From an uncultured delta proteobacterium (GTDB taxonomy: Bacteria > Desulfobacterota > BSN033 > UBA1163), in the NCBI GenBank assembly GCA_963827685.1, contig CAWHBU010000004.1, forward strand, positions 672,001 to 736,000: a DNA stretch of 64,000 bases, in the 5' to 3' direction. The notes beneath the pieces are model-generated. The model searched no databases. It saw only the letters and a list, made by a program, of their open reading frames with translations, and was not told the origin of the DNA. Position 1 is the stretch's first letter. Each line of letters starts with the position of its first letter. Positions 45,803 to 55,916 of the stretch are shown one piece after another. The translations under genes were made by a program, and so were the position numbers.

Positions 45803-48800
45803 CTATTCTCGAAGGGCAGAAAGCAGTTTTTCTACTTGATATTCGGATTTCTCTTCGGCCTTTTGCCATGTTTGAATCGTTGAGTAACATTTTTGTAATT
45901 CTTCAACCACGGCATTGACGGGGCGAAGAGGATCGGAGCCGATGGTCAAGGCGGCCACCATCATCAGCCACCAAAGCATCTCCTCAAAAGCTTCTTTGTT
46001 GAACCACCAAATATCGTTGCACTGGTTCACCTGCAAAAATTGCTGAATATCACTATCCTTCAACAATAATTCTAATATTCCATGAGCTTGCTCTTGGTCG
46101 GATGGCTTCTCCTCAAACCACCGTTGATGACCCGTGAGCCATTTGATGACTGTCAATGAATTCCATGCAACAGTTTCTTCAAGCCCCAAATCCCTCAGAA
46201 CGCCAAAGATCGTTTTCCCAAACCCCCATTCCTCAATCCAAGTACGGCTCTGCCCTGCAAAGTCCCTGTGATTGACCACCTTGCCGAGGGTATGGACAAA
46301 TAACCAACTGAAAAGTGTCGCCCAGGTGGTTGTTGAACCGGTCAGCTTCTTGTGCAGGTATTCTGCTGCGGCTTTGACTCCTTTTGGTTGGAGCCGTGAG
46401 TAGCGGCTGGTAATGATGGGCAGGTATAAAATGGCTTCCAGTTTACGCCTTATCTCTTGGACAATCGTCGTCTCATCTTCTTTCCCCCCGCTGAGCTGTT
46501 TGGTTTCTTGGAGAAGGCGGATCATTTTCTTTTCTATCTCTTCCATCAGTTTTTGATCGAGTTGGGCCTGTGGTTGGCTGATGCGTGCCTCCATCAAGCG
46601 GTGGAATGTGTCCACATTAACCAGCCCTTTGAAAGCCTCGTGCAGAGGCTGCAGCAACATCTCTTTCAATGCGTCTTCAATACTGGGTACGCCACGGCCA
46701 TTTAAATCATTGGCTATCTGGGCATAGTGACGCCATTGGTTATCCCGAACTTCTCTAAAATCGATGAATACATGATACTTGTAGGCACCCAGCTCCACAT
46801 ACAATCCTTTTTTGCACAATTCCTCGCTGTTACGAATGTATTCCAGGCCGGTCACGTTGTCCCTGAAAATGGAGAAATAGGATTGATCATCGTGCAATCC
46901 GAGGCCTTCTCCCAAATCTTTCTGAATTAATGTGCGTTCATCCCCTTCAGCGGGCTTGATCGAATAGGCGACGGAGGACCGGACCCAGCCTCGGGCGGAC
47001 TCATATTTGTTATGATAGATGATTAAAGATCGCTGCTCGCCGGATCGATTGGAGTAAGCGAATACGTTCTCATTGACATAGCCCTCTGGAGAGAAAAAAT
47101 CGTAAAGCAGGAAATTCTTTACGTCAGAAAAATGATGACGTCGCTTCATCAGTGGAAAAATCTCTTTTTCATGCCGCTGGATTAGTTCCTGGTCCGGTTG
47201 TTCATCCCATTTGGCGTACCGGTATTCCATTCCATATTTCTCGTTGAATCCTTCGGCCTGGCCATGGGCAAACATGGGGAGTCCGGGCATGGTCACCATC
47301 ATTGTGCATACGCCGAAGTATTTATCTCCCTTGCCAAATTGAGTCACAGCCGTTTCCTCATCAGGGTTGCTCATAAAATTGACAAATCGTTTGAGGACCT
47401 CAGGATTGAATTCGAGCGTGTTCTTCATGACGGAGCGGTATTTGGCGTTTTCTTCGTCTTTCAGCATGTTCATGAAGGCGCTGTTGTAAACCCGATGCAT
47501 CCCCAAGGTTCGGACGAAGTATCCCTCCAGCAACCAGAAGGCTTCGGCCAGTAATAATGTATCAGGGGCTTCCTGAGCCACACGGTCCACCACCTGACGC
47601 CAGAATTCTTCGGGTATGAAACGGTTGAATTGTTCTTTCGGCATGCCGTGTTCCGCTCGGGAAGGAATGGCTCCGCCTGTGCCCGGTTCCGGGAACCACA
47701 GACGTTGATAATGTCGCTTCGCCAAGGTCATGGCCGCATCGAAACGGATGACAGGAAATTTTCGGGCGACGTTAAGGATCGTTTGAATAACCGCCTCTCT
47801 CACGTCGGGGTTAAGGTAGTTCAACTGGGCCGTATCATTCCAGGGCATTCGAGTCCCGTCGTTGCCGTGGTAGATGAACTTTTCGTTGCCGTTCCTCCGG
47901 TCCACCCTTTTGAAGACCACGGCTGCGTCACTCCGGTCGAAATAATGATCTTCGAGATAAATCCCTACTTCCCCATGCCACGAGAGGTCTGGTCCATTGA
48001 AGCGATAAGCAGGAAAGGGACTATAATCCAGGGAAACAAACCACTCCGGATGTTCGATGACCCATCTGGAATCAATGCCCACATGGTTGGGTACCATATC
48101 GCTTGCCATGCGGATGCCTCGCCTCCAAGCCCGGTCTTTTAAATTCTGAAACGCTTCTTCACCTCCGAGGTCGCTTGCGATCTCGTAGTCGAACAGGGAA
48201 TAAGCCGAAGCCACTGCATCGGGATCGCCCAACAGCTCTTTGATTCGTTTGGATGCGAGGCTTCTCTCCCACACGCCAATCAGCCACAAGCCGGTGAAAC
48301 CCCAACGGGCTAAGAGATTCAGTTCTTCATCAGGAATTTGATCGAGCCGGTAGATGGAGCGCCGGTATTTCCTGGAGAGTTGATGGAGCCACACATAAAC
48401 ATTTTTTGCCATGAGAACCAACTTGGGCATCCAGTCGAGATCAAAACTAAAGCGTTCCGGTTCCTCTTCCATTCCGAGAAATTCATAGACCTCCGCAGGA
48501 GCACGGCCCCAAAATGCCATTCTCCGCAATTCCGCAATTTCTTCCTCTTTAATCAAGTCGAGACTACTGAGAAGTCGTAAGAGATAAGGGCCCAGTAAAT
48601 AACCCCATTTGTCCCGGATGTATGCCAGCTGTCCTGAAAGCGAGTGGGGAGCTGCCAGGGCAGGGCTACGAAGCATGTCGACGAGGTTCTGATGATCAGG
48701 CCCAAACAAAGGCTGGTTGTCAAAGAAGGGATGGAGAGCTTCAATGATTTGCAAGTAAAACGTATCCTTTTCCAGTGCAATGTCATCGAACAACTCGATA

Positions 48801-49288
48801 AAAGGAGAAAAGGCTGGATTCGTATTGGCCAGCCAGAGCATGAGCATCTCTTCCAATACAATCAACCGGTGAGGGACTCCCGCTGTTTCTCCTTCTAAAT
48901 AGGTATTAAGTTCCACTTCACGGCGATAGACGGCTACCGCTGGAAATTCATCGGCAAATCTCCGTAGGGCCTCATCCACTTTTTGTTCACCCAGCTTCTC
49001 ATAGAGCCAATCCAGGGCCTGTTGCATCACCTGCGCATTCTTTTCACCCCGATACAAGCCCACAACGTAATGGAGGATTTCGTCAATCAACCCCATGGCA
49101 TTGATGTGGCCGGCTTTAACGGCTTGGTCGGGGAAGGTGATCAAATCTCTTTTTTCATTTATTTTCGCGACAAATAATCTTGCGGCATGAAAGTTGAGGA
49201 AAATGATATTTCCGGTAAGGGAAAACAAGGATTCATCAAATTGGTAGAAATCCCTTACCTTCCGGGAGATGTGAAACTCCATCATCAT
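45803..49288 (-). CDS. Large GH13 alpha-amylase-family protein
   Basis: DMVPNH, IRFDAAM, AEAFW, NPDEE. Start probably at MMMEFHISRK. Confidence 0.85.
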   Translation of the reverse strand: MMMEFHISRKVRDFYQFDESLFSLTGNIIFLNFHAARLFVAKINEKRDLITFPDQAVKAGHINAMGLIDEILHYVVGLYRGEKNAQVMQQALDWLYEKLGEQKVDEALRRFADEFPAVAVYRREVELNTYLEGETAGVPHRLIVLEEMLMLWLANTNPAFSPFIELFDDIALEKDTFYLQIIEALHPFFDNQPLFGPDHQNLVDMLRSPALAAPHSLSGQLAYIRDKWGYLLGPYLLRLLSSLDLIKEEEIAELRRMAFWGRAPAEVYEFLGMEEEPERFSFDLDWMPKLVLMAKNVYVWLHQLSRKYRRSIYRLDQIPDEELNLLARWGFTGLWLIGVWERSLASKRIKELLGDPDAVASAYSLFDYEIASDLGGEEAFQNLKDRAWRRGIRMASDMVPNHVGIDSRWVIEHPEWFVSLDYSPFPAYRFNGPDLSWHGEVGIYLEDHYFDRSDAAVVFKRVDRRNGNEKFIYHGNDGTRMPWNDTAQLNYLNPDVREAVIQTILNVARKFPVIRFDAAMTLAKRHYQRLWFPEPGTGGAIPSRAEHGMPKEQFNRFIPEEFWRQVVDRVAQEAPDTLLLAEAFWLLEGYFVRTLGMHRVYNSAFMNMLKDEENAKYRSVMKNTLEFNPEVLKRFVNFMSNPDEETAVTQFGKGDKYFGVCTMMVTMPGLPMFAHGQAEGFNEKYGMEYRYAKWDEQPDQELIQRHEKEIFPLMKRRHHFSDVKNFLLYDFFSPEGYVNENVFAYSNRSGEQRSLIIYHNKYESARGWVRSSVAYSIKPAEGDERTLIQKDLGEGLGLHDDQSYFSIFRDNVTGLEYIRNSEELCKKGLYVELGAYKYHVFIDFREVRDNQWRHYAQIANDLNGRGVPSIEDALKEMLLQPLHEAFKGLVNVDTFHRLMEARISQPQAQLDQKLMEEIEKKMIRLLQETKQLSGGKEDETTIVQEIRRKLEAILYLPIITSRYSRLQPKGVKAAAEYLHKKLTGSTTTWATLFSWLFVHTLGKVVNHRDFAGQSRTWIEEWGFGKTIFGVLRDLGLEETVAWNSLTVIKWLTGHQRWFEEKPSDQEQAHGILELLLKDSDIQQFLQVNQCNDIWWFNKEAFEEMLWWLMMVAALTIGSDPLRPVNAVVEELQKCYSTIQTWQKAEEKSEYQVEKLLSALRE

Positions 49289-49404
49289 AGCGTTCTTCCT
49301 ATTTGTCATCCTATTGAATATACAAATATAGGCTATTCTTCTGATTGACTCAAGCGAAATTATAAACCCAAAAATAGATATTGAAAAAGACAAACCCCAA
49401 AAAA

Positions 49405-49636
49405 CTCCCCTCCCCTGGCGGGAGGGGATTGAGGGGAGGGGGATGAAAATGGTGATAATGCACCCTCACCGCGCCGTCGCCAAAGCGGCCTGCCTGCACG
49501 ACCTGCTCGCCGAAGAAGTTCTCCGGCACACGAGAGCTTTTCGGCGAAGGCAGGCTATGGCGCGTCGGCGACCCAGCCCTCTCCCCTGCCTTCGCCGAAG
49601 CGGCTTCGCGCAGGCAGGCATCAAGGAGAGGGGGAA
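49405..49636. repeat. Nested palindromic repeat cluster
   Basis: CCCCTCCCCTGGCGGGAGGGG and CCTGCCTTCGCCGAAGCGGCTTCGCGCAGGCAGG hairpins. Similar units occur at ~37007, ~39893-39942, ~42121-42187 and ~52043-52160. Confidence 0.65.
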
Positions 49637-49777
49637 CTGGGTCGAGTCAATGTCTATTTTTGGGATGAATCTTCATCAGAGAAAAACCTGTTACCGGTAA
49701 TGAATGATGACAAAAAGTGAGAATATTTTTTAATGTTGTGCTTGTGTTTATCACTCTTTTCCGATATGCTTCACCCG

Positions 49778-51190
49778 ATGTCTAATTATAAACACGTTCT
49801 CGCCTTGAATCCCTATTTTGGGGATTCTACCGCGCTGATGGGACTCTTCCCTCCGACCGGCCTTGAGTACATCGTTGCAAGCATGAAAGATCTGGTGGGG
49901 AAGGTGACACTTCTCGATCTTCGACATGAGAAAACCTACCAGGATCCGAAGGCACTCAGCAAGTTTATCAGGGACGAAATCGATCTATTATGCATCAGTA
50001 TCCGGTGGCGGTCCCGGTTTGAGGACGTCTGTGAATTTGTCTCTCAGCTGCCTCCTGAGGTTTGCACCATTGTCGGAGGCTACCAGGCGACGCAGGAAGT
50101 CGAGTATCTGTTCAAGCGCTGTTCGAATATCGACATGATTGTGCGGGGCGAGGGTGAAGATATTATCAAACAGGTCGTCACCGGGGTCCCGTACAAGGAT
50201 ATCCGCGGGCTTTCGTACCGGGAGAATGGAGGAGTTGTCTACAACGAAATCCATCCCCTGCCTGACATCATGCGTATCCCGTTTCCTGACCGGTCCCTGA
50301 GAAAACAGGATTACACCATGGAGAAATTCGGTGTCCGGCTCACCAGCCATACGTTTGATACGATACTGACTACGCGTGGATGTCCGTTTAATTGCAAGTT
50401 CTGTACCTTCAGTCTCAATCCGCTGGGACAGAAAAGGAGCTATACGGAACGACCGCTTGAATCGGTCATCGAGGAATTGAAGACGGTTACGGCTGATGTG
50501 GTGCTTTTCAGCGATGACAACTTCTTCACGAACCCGGAAAGAAGTGAACGGCTTTGCGATCTGATTATCGAGAACGAGATCAAGAAGATCTTTGTCGTCC
50601 AGGCGCGGATTGATATGGCAAAGCATCCCAGGGTGCTCGAGAAGGCGGCAAAAGCGGGTTTCAAGGTCTTCCTGATCGGGATCGAGTCGCCGCACGACTG
50701 GATCTTGAAGCAAATTCAGAAGGGGATTACCCAGCAGCAGATTCGGGAGGCGTTTGCCGTCCTGACGCAATATGACTTCTATCTGCATGGGTACTTCATC
50801 TACGGCAACATCGGCGAGACAGAAGAAGAGATGCTCTATATCCCGGAGTTTGCGAAGGAGATCAAGCTGGATTCCATCAGTTTTCAGAAACTCCGTATCG
50901 AGAAGTTTTCATCCTTAAAGAAAGTGGTTGAAGAAACACCGGGCTACTATTACAACCGCGTCGGCGGTTCCGTGTATTCTGACCGATACGGGCGCAAGGA
51001 GTTGAAGCAAATCCGAAACCGGATCCGGTCGAAATTCTACGATCTGCGACAGGTCATTGATATTATCAGAAAAGCCCATCGAATTGGGCTTGTCAGTGGC
51101 CGCGACTTGACGAAGGCCCTTCTTAATCTGCCTGTTTTTTTGTATGGGATAGTTAGAAGGGAAGCACGAGTTTGGATGAGGATGATTTAG
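49778..51190 (+). CDS. B12-binding-domain radical SAM protein
   Basis: PPTGLEYI, VRGEGE, TRGCPFNCKFC, DDNF, GIES. Confidence 0.9.
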   Translation: MSNYKHVLALNPYFGDSTALMGLFPPTGLEYIVASMKDLVGKVTLLDLRHEKTYQDPKALSKFIRDEIDLLCISIRWRSRFEDVCEFVSQLPPEVCTIVGGYQATQEVEYLFKRCSNIDMIVRGEGEDIIKQVVTGVPYKDIRGLSYRENGGVVYNEIHPLPDIMRIPFPDRSLRKQDYTMEKFGVRLTSHTFDTILTTRGCPFNCKFCTFSLNPLGQKRSYTERPLESVIEELKTVTADVVLFSDDNFFTNPERSERLCDLIIENEIKKIFVVQARIDMAKHPRVLEKAAKAGFKVFLIGIESPHDWILKQIQKGITQQQIREAFAVLTQYDFYLHGYFIYGNIGETEEEMLYIPEFAKEIKLDSISFQKLRIEKFSSLKKVVEETPGYYYNRVGGSVYSDRYGRKELKQIRNRIRSKFYDLRQVIDIIRKAHRIGLVSGRDLTKALLNLPVFLYGIVRREARVWMRMI

Positions 51191-51203
51191 GGAAGAATAT
51201 ATT

Positions 51204-52007
51204 TTATCTCAGGCCAATTTCTGAGAGCTTAACGAATCTGAATCCCCTCTTTTTCATTTCTGGAATGGCCTCTATGACTCCCTCTGCTGTTTGTCCTTCA
51301 GGATGGTTCATGTGCATCAGGATAATGGATGAGGTAGGGGCATTCCATAATGCCTCTTTCACTTGTGTCTTTGAGTAGGTAGCCCCGGCGTCACCCCGAA
51401 CACTGAAATTTACCACTTCATACCCCAAGGCATTGGTGACCTGTACACAAATTTCATCGCAGTAGGCCGCGGCGGGCCGGTAATATCTTGGTTTGCGACC
51501 GATCAGATTTAGAATTTTTAACGCATTCAATTCTACTTCGTCATAAATCTCTCCAACACTTTTTGTCCCTCTTATTCCATAAACCGATCGGCCAATGGCA
51601 GAGCATGTCCTGTGGTTCAAACCGTGATTTTCAATTTCGAATAGAGGATTTTTTGTTAGGTTCTGAAAAATATCAGGGTTCGCATCAATCCACTTGCCGC
51701 TGATGAACAACGTGACGGGAATCGCCTCGCTGGTCAAAAAGTCGATTAACTTAGCATCATATCTACTCCCCTTCGGGCCGCCACAGGCGTCGAAGGTCAA
51801 TGCTAAAACTTTCTGGTCTGTGTTTAATCTGGTTTTGACTCCCTTAACTACCTCTCCCCATTCTTGCGGAGCTTTGCCCGCGAAGGTTGAGATGATCCGT
51901 TCCCTCGTTTGTATTTCTTGAGACAGTCCTGATTCAATGCTCCAGAGGAAAAAAAGGAGGGTATAGATCAGAAACTTCAAAATCATTTTGCATCTATCTC
52001 TGTTCAT
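51204..52007 (-). CDS. Secreted polysaccharide deacetylase
   Basis: Signal peptide; LALTFDAC, ENHGLNH, ILMHMNHP. Confidence 0.85.
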   Translation of the reverse strand: MNRDRCKMILKFLIYTLLFFLWSIESGLSQEIQTRERIISTFAGKAPQEWGEVVKGVKTRLNTDQKVLALTFDACGGPKGSRYDAKLIDFLTSEAIPVTLFISGKWIDANPDIFQNLTKNPLFEIENHGLNHRTCSAIGRSVYGIRGTKSVGEIYDEVELNALKILNLIGRKPRYYRPAAAYCDEICVQVTNALGYEVVNFSVRGDAGATYSKTQVKEALWNAPTSSIILMHMNHPEGQTAEGVIEAIPEMKKRGFRFVKLSEIGLR

Positions 52008-52211
52008 GCATCTCTTTTAACCTGAAGCAGCCCTGCTATTCAATCCCCCTCGTCTTTACCCTGTTAGATAAAACTCAATCTATACCCACGTCAGACTAAT
52101 TCTTCCATCTAACAGGGTGAATCCTCTCCCCCAAAGAGGGAGGGGACAATTGGGGAGGAGGCAATTTCGGGCAGAATTAAAAGTCCGGCATTTAGCATCT
52201 CGACCTGCAGA

Positions 52212-52610
52212 TTGTCCGCGTTCAACCTGCTCAAGGTTGAGGAAGAGCTTTCTGCGGTCGATCTTCGCCTGGCGCGGGTCTATATCGAAAACAAGGGCTA
52301 TGAGGATTTGATCGCTTGCTTTGAGAGGCCAAGAGTGGTCATTGCGAGGAGCGTTAGCGACGTGGCAATCTCAGGGATTGCTTCACTTCGCTCCCAATGA
52401 CAGTTCCATTTGAGTACAAACTATAATATGCTCCGAGCAGTAAATGGTATCCTTAAGACTTTGAAAGGGAAATTCATTCTCTCGATCAATGATCATCCGC
52501 AGATCCTGAAAACCCTTAAAGGATTCCGCATCTCGAAGGAGAAAACCCGTTATACAGCCGGCCACACCTCCCCGAAGCAGACGACCGAGCTCCTGATTTC
52601 GAATTATTGA
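52212..52610 (+). pseudogene. Remnant of a Dam/D12-class DNA adenine methyltransferase
   Basis: NLLKVEEELSAV.LRLARVYIEN..F.RP and LKGKFILSIND..ELLISNY fragments. The DPPY region is missing and a palindrome sits in its place. Confidence 0.7.
52338..52401. repeat. Palindromic REP-like element
   Basis: GTCATTGCGAGGAGCG..GCAATC..GATTGC..CGCTCCCAATGAC. Confidence 0.7.
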
Positions 52611-52853
52611 AACGAAGAAGTCGGCATTAAGATCACCCTTGGAAGAGCATTGGAATCCCCGCTCAAGAGTACTTCCTGTACTAAATGTTTTACAGATTCG
52701 ATAAAAAAGTGTATATTCCAACCAGTAATCCATAGCAGAATATTTATACCGACTGCTGATACTATCCCTAAAATGGAAGCATGTCCGCACCAATTGTGGA
52801 TGTGAGCGAGTTATGCGATATTTTGTCGAGCAAAAGATTGGGGGAGGCTATTA

Positions 52854-54071
52854 ATGTTTTACAATCTAAAGCGACTAAACAATATTTTAAAAGTAATAAC
52901 GATACCTTTACTCATCTCCTTATCCTTATCTCCCGTTGTGTATTCACAAGAACAGGAGAAGGATGTAACTATATTAATTAAGAAACTGAAGGATAAAGAC
53001 GTAGGTGTCCGAGAGAATGCAGTTGTAGACCTTGTGTGGACAAAAGATGCCCGTGCCATCGATGCCCTAATTACAGCATTGAAGGATGAAGACGCAGGTG
53101 TCCGAACGAAAGCAGCCTTGGGTCTTGGGGAGATGAAGGATGCCCGTGCAGTTGAGCCTTTGATTGCTGCATTGAAGGATAAGGGTAAATATGTTCGATG
53201 GAGTGCAGCCGTTGCCCTTGGGGAGATAAAAGATGCCCGTGCCGTCGAGGCCTTAATTACAGCATTGAAGGATGAAGACGCATTTGTCCAATGGGTTGCA
53301 ATATTTGCTCTTGGGGAAATAAAGGATGCTCGTGCCATTGAGCCTCTGATTGCGATATTGAAGGATAAAGACAAATATGTTCGAGAGGGAGCTGCCTTAG
53401 CCCTTGGGGGGATAGGCGCATCTGCAGTTGAGCCCTTAATTACAGCATTGAAGGATAAAGATGCAGGTATCCGGGGGAGTGCCGCCTTAGGCCTTGGGGA
53501 GACAAAAGATGTCCGTGCAGTTGAGCCTTTGATTGCTGCATTGAAGGATAAAGCAGCAGGTGTCCGATGGCAAGTCGCCGTTGCCCTTGGGGAAATAAAA
53601 GATGACCGCGCCGTTGAGCCTTTAATTACAGCATTGAAGGATAAAGACGTAGGTGTTCGGCAGAATGTGGCCCATGCTCTTGGGGAAATAAAGGATGTCC
53701 GTGCCATTGAGCCTTTGATTGCAACATTAAAGGATAAAGACAAAGAGGTTCGAGAGAAAGCCGCCGATGCCCTTGCGGAGATAAAGGATGCTCGTGCTGT
53801 CAATGTTTTGCTTACCGCCCTAAAGGAGAAAAGGTTAGAGATAATAGCTGGTGCCTACGCATTTTTTATTCGGAAAGGCAAACCTGGAACAGAGGATATC
53901 CTTATTGAGGCTTTGAATAAATATTTCACTATGGAAAGGGCAAAGGATTTTCTAAATTGTGGAAACAGTAAGTTGGAAGAAGCTGCAATCCTATTGGCAA
54001 AAGAACATGGTTATAATTTAAGGCATCTGCCTAGCGATAAACAAAGTCTCCTATGGGGACAGGAGAAATGA
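52854..54071 (+). CDS. Exported HEAT/PBS-lyase repeat protein
   Basis: Signal peptide, then about 9 repeats of mostly 31 aa (AVEPLIAALKDKD..VR..AA.ALGEIKD.R). Confidence 0.9.
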   Translation: MFYNLKRLNNILKVITIPLLISLSLSPVVYSQEQEKDVTILIKKLKDKDVGVRENAVVDLVWTKDARAIDALITALKDEDAGVRTKAALGLGEMKDARAVEPLIAALKDKGKYVRWSAAVALGEIKDARAVEALITALKDEDAFVQWVAIFALGEIKDARAIEPLIAILKDKDKYVREGAALALGGIGASAVEPLITALKDKDAGIRGSAALGLGETKDVRAVEPLIAALKDKAAGVRWQVAVALGEIKDDRAVEPLITALKDKDVGVRQNVAHALGEIKDVRAIEPLIATLKDKDKEVREKAADALAEIKDARAVNVLLTALKEKRLEIIAGAYAFFIRKGKPGTEDILIEALNKYFTMERAKDFLNCGNSKLEEAAILLAKEHGYNLRHLPSDKQSLLWGQEK

Positions 54072-54199
54072 ATCTTTGTCCGACAAAAACGGTCGCCTAA
54101 GCCATTGCAAAAAACCAACGTGCAAACCCTTGGGGCTTCTTCTGCAACAGAAACGTCATGCAGATTTCTTTCAGTAATCTTTGCCATTCAACAGGGGGC

Positions 54200-54383
54200 A
54201 TAGGGTCAGGTCTTGCAATCACACATTTCCTTTCCTAGAACAAGACAGGATGTCATCCATAAAAGAGTTGGTGTATTCGAATGCGGAATTCGGGTGGACT
54301 CCCAGGGGACGGGACGCAGTTAAATTTGTTAAGTAAGTGCGGTTTGCTTTCCGACCAAACTCCCGCCCAAATGCTCCTTCCTG
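54200..54383 (+). repeat. 184-bp direct repeat, copy 1 (left of the R-M genes)
   Basis: Matches 57055-57238 with 4 mismatches by eye; begins ATAGGGTCAGGTCTTGCAATC. Confidence 0.92.
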
Positions 54384-54492
54384 AAACTTTCACTTCCCTA
54401 ATTTTTGAAAAAGGGGTATATTACAACCCATAATACACAATTGACAACCCTGATTCTAAGGGGTGGTTAATTTTTTTTATTTATTATAATGC

Positions 54493-54529
54493 TGCAGTAT
54501 AATATTGCTTTAAACAATATTATACTGCA
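54493..54529. promoter_or_regulatory. Perfect 15-bp inverted repeat with a 7-nt spacer upstream of the methyltransferase
   Basis: TGCAGTATAATATTG-CTTTAAA-CAATATTATACTGCA. Confidence 0.6.
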
Positions 54530-54704
54530 AAAAGGGCCATTTAAACGGCTGAAAGACTCGGTTTTTGGAGGTAACGTCACAACAGCACAAAAAACAATGT
54601 TGAGCAGTGGAATAATTACTATCAAAGAGATTTAGTGTTATACTGCAAGATAGCTTAGGTCCAAAATGCTCAAGACGCACATTACCGATCTAACGCTTTG
54701 ACAA

Positions 54705-55916
54705 ATGAGTGAGATAATGTTGAACGCTGAAATACTTGAACAAAATAGACTTGATGTATCAGAAAAGAGCAGGTCTAACATCTTTAACTGGCGCGGTCAA
54801 TTCACGCCACAATTCATCGAGTACATGCTTGATGCTTTCGCAACTCCCGGCTCGCTCGTTGTCGATCCGTTTTGTGGCAGCGGAACGGTCTTGCTTGAAG
54901 CTGCTGCAAAACAAATGTTGTCATTGGGGTGCGAAATCAACCCTGCGGCATACGCAATGTCGAAATTCATCGGTCTTGGGAATCTCCCAAGAGATCAGAG
55001 AGTATACCTCTTTCGCGGTGTTCAAGATAAGGTTTTTCATTTGGCTAAATATTATCAGGCTATCCCAACGTTTGTAGCAAACGTTGATTTCAGACAACAG
55101 TACAAGAATCTTCTATATTGCGCATCCAAACTATTCGCGACAATGCAGGGGAAAAGTGAGTTATTGCTTGCGCTGATTATTTTGATGCGGGTAGAAAGTA
55201 ATGGTCGTGGCGACTTAGAGAGTTCACTTCGTAAGGCCTGCGTATCTGTTCGAGAAGACCTTTACAACTTACCTTTCACAGAAAAGAAAATTGAAATCGA
55301 GCTATGTGATGCTCGAAAGACTCACGAGAAACGCCTATCTTCTGCTGATCTCATAATCACAAGTCCACCCTATATCAATGTATTTAATTATCACCAGAAT
55401 TTTCGGGCGTTACTTGAAATAATAGGGTTTGATTTATTAAAAGTGGCAGAGAGCGAGATTGGCTCCAATAGGAAGAACAGAGGCAATAGATTCCGTACAG
55501 TTGTTCAGTATGCTATCGAGATGGAGCAGTGTCTGGTCAGCTTTGGGATGACCCTTAAGAATGGTGGCACCTTAATTCTTGTTGTTGGTTATGAATCAAA
55601 TGTTCGGGGCATTCCATTCACCAATTCAGGAATCCTTCGGGAAATTGCTGAGTCTCTCGGATGCTATTATCTCAAGGGTGAACGCCATCGCGTATTTGTG
55701 AACCGTTTTGGTAAATCTATAAGAGAAGACATTCTTATTTTGAATTCTACAGGCAATATCCCAGCTCAAGGTGTGGCGCGCCAGATTGCCGAAAGGCACC
55801 TTAAAGACGCTTTGAAACGGGCTGATGGCGAGGTCCGTGACAACATCATGGCAGTTCTATCAGATATAGCTGCGATTCCTCCATCGCCGATATTCAGCAT
55901 AAGAGGAGTGATTTGA
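54705..55916 (+). CDS. Amino (probably N4-cytosine) DNA methyltransferase
   Basis: VVDPFCGSGT motif I precedes TSPPY motif IV. Confidence 0.88.
   Translation: MSEIMLNAEILEQNRLDVSEKSRSNIFNWRGQFTPQFIEYMLDAFATPGSLVVDPFCGSGTVLLEAAAKQMLSLGCEINPAAYAMSKFIGLGNLPRDQRVYLFRGVQDKVFHLAKYYQAIPTFVANVDFRQQYKNLLYCASKLFATMQGKSELLLALIILMRVESNGRGDLESSLRKACVSVREDLYNLPFTEKKIEIELCDARKTHEKRLSSADLIITSPPYINVFNYHQNFRALLEIIGFDLLKVAESEIGSNRKNRGNRFRTVVQYAIEMEQCLVSFGMTLKNGGTLILVVGYESNVRGIPFTNSGILREIAESLGCYYLKGERHRVFVNRFGKSIREDILILNSTGNIPAQGVARQIAERHLKDALKRADGEVRDNIMAVLSDIAAIPPSPIFSIRGVI

Noticed and set aside
49988-50788. 266-aa antisense ORF and the many other short overlapping ORFs
   Set aside because: They shadow well-supported genes and show no recognisable motifs.
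52980-53800. ~93-bp periodic DNA repeats as a possible CRISPR array
   Set aside because: They are degenerate coding repeats with no unique spacers, and no cas genes are present.
52859-53803. 314-aa antisense ORF with regular repeats
   Set aside because: It is the mirror of the HEAT-repeat gene; repeat codon usage explains the lack of stops.
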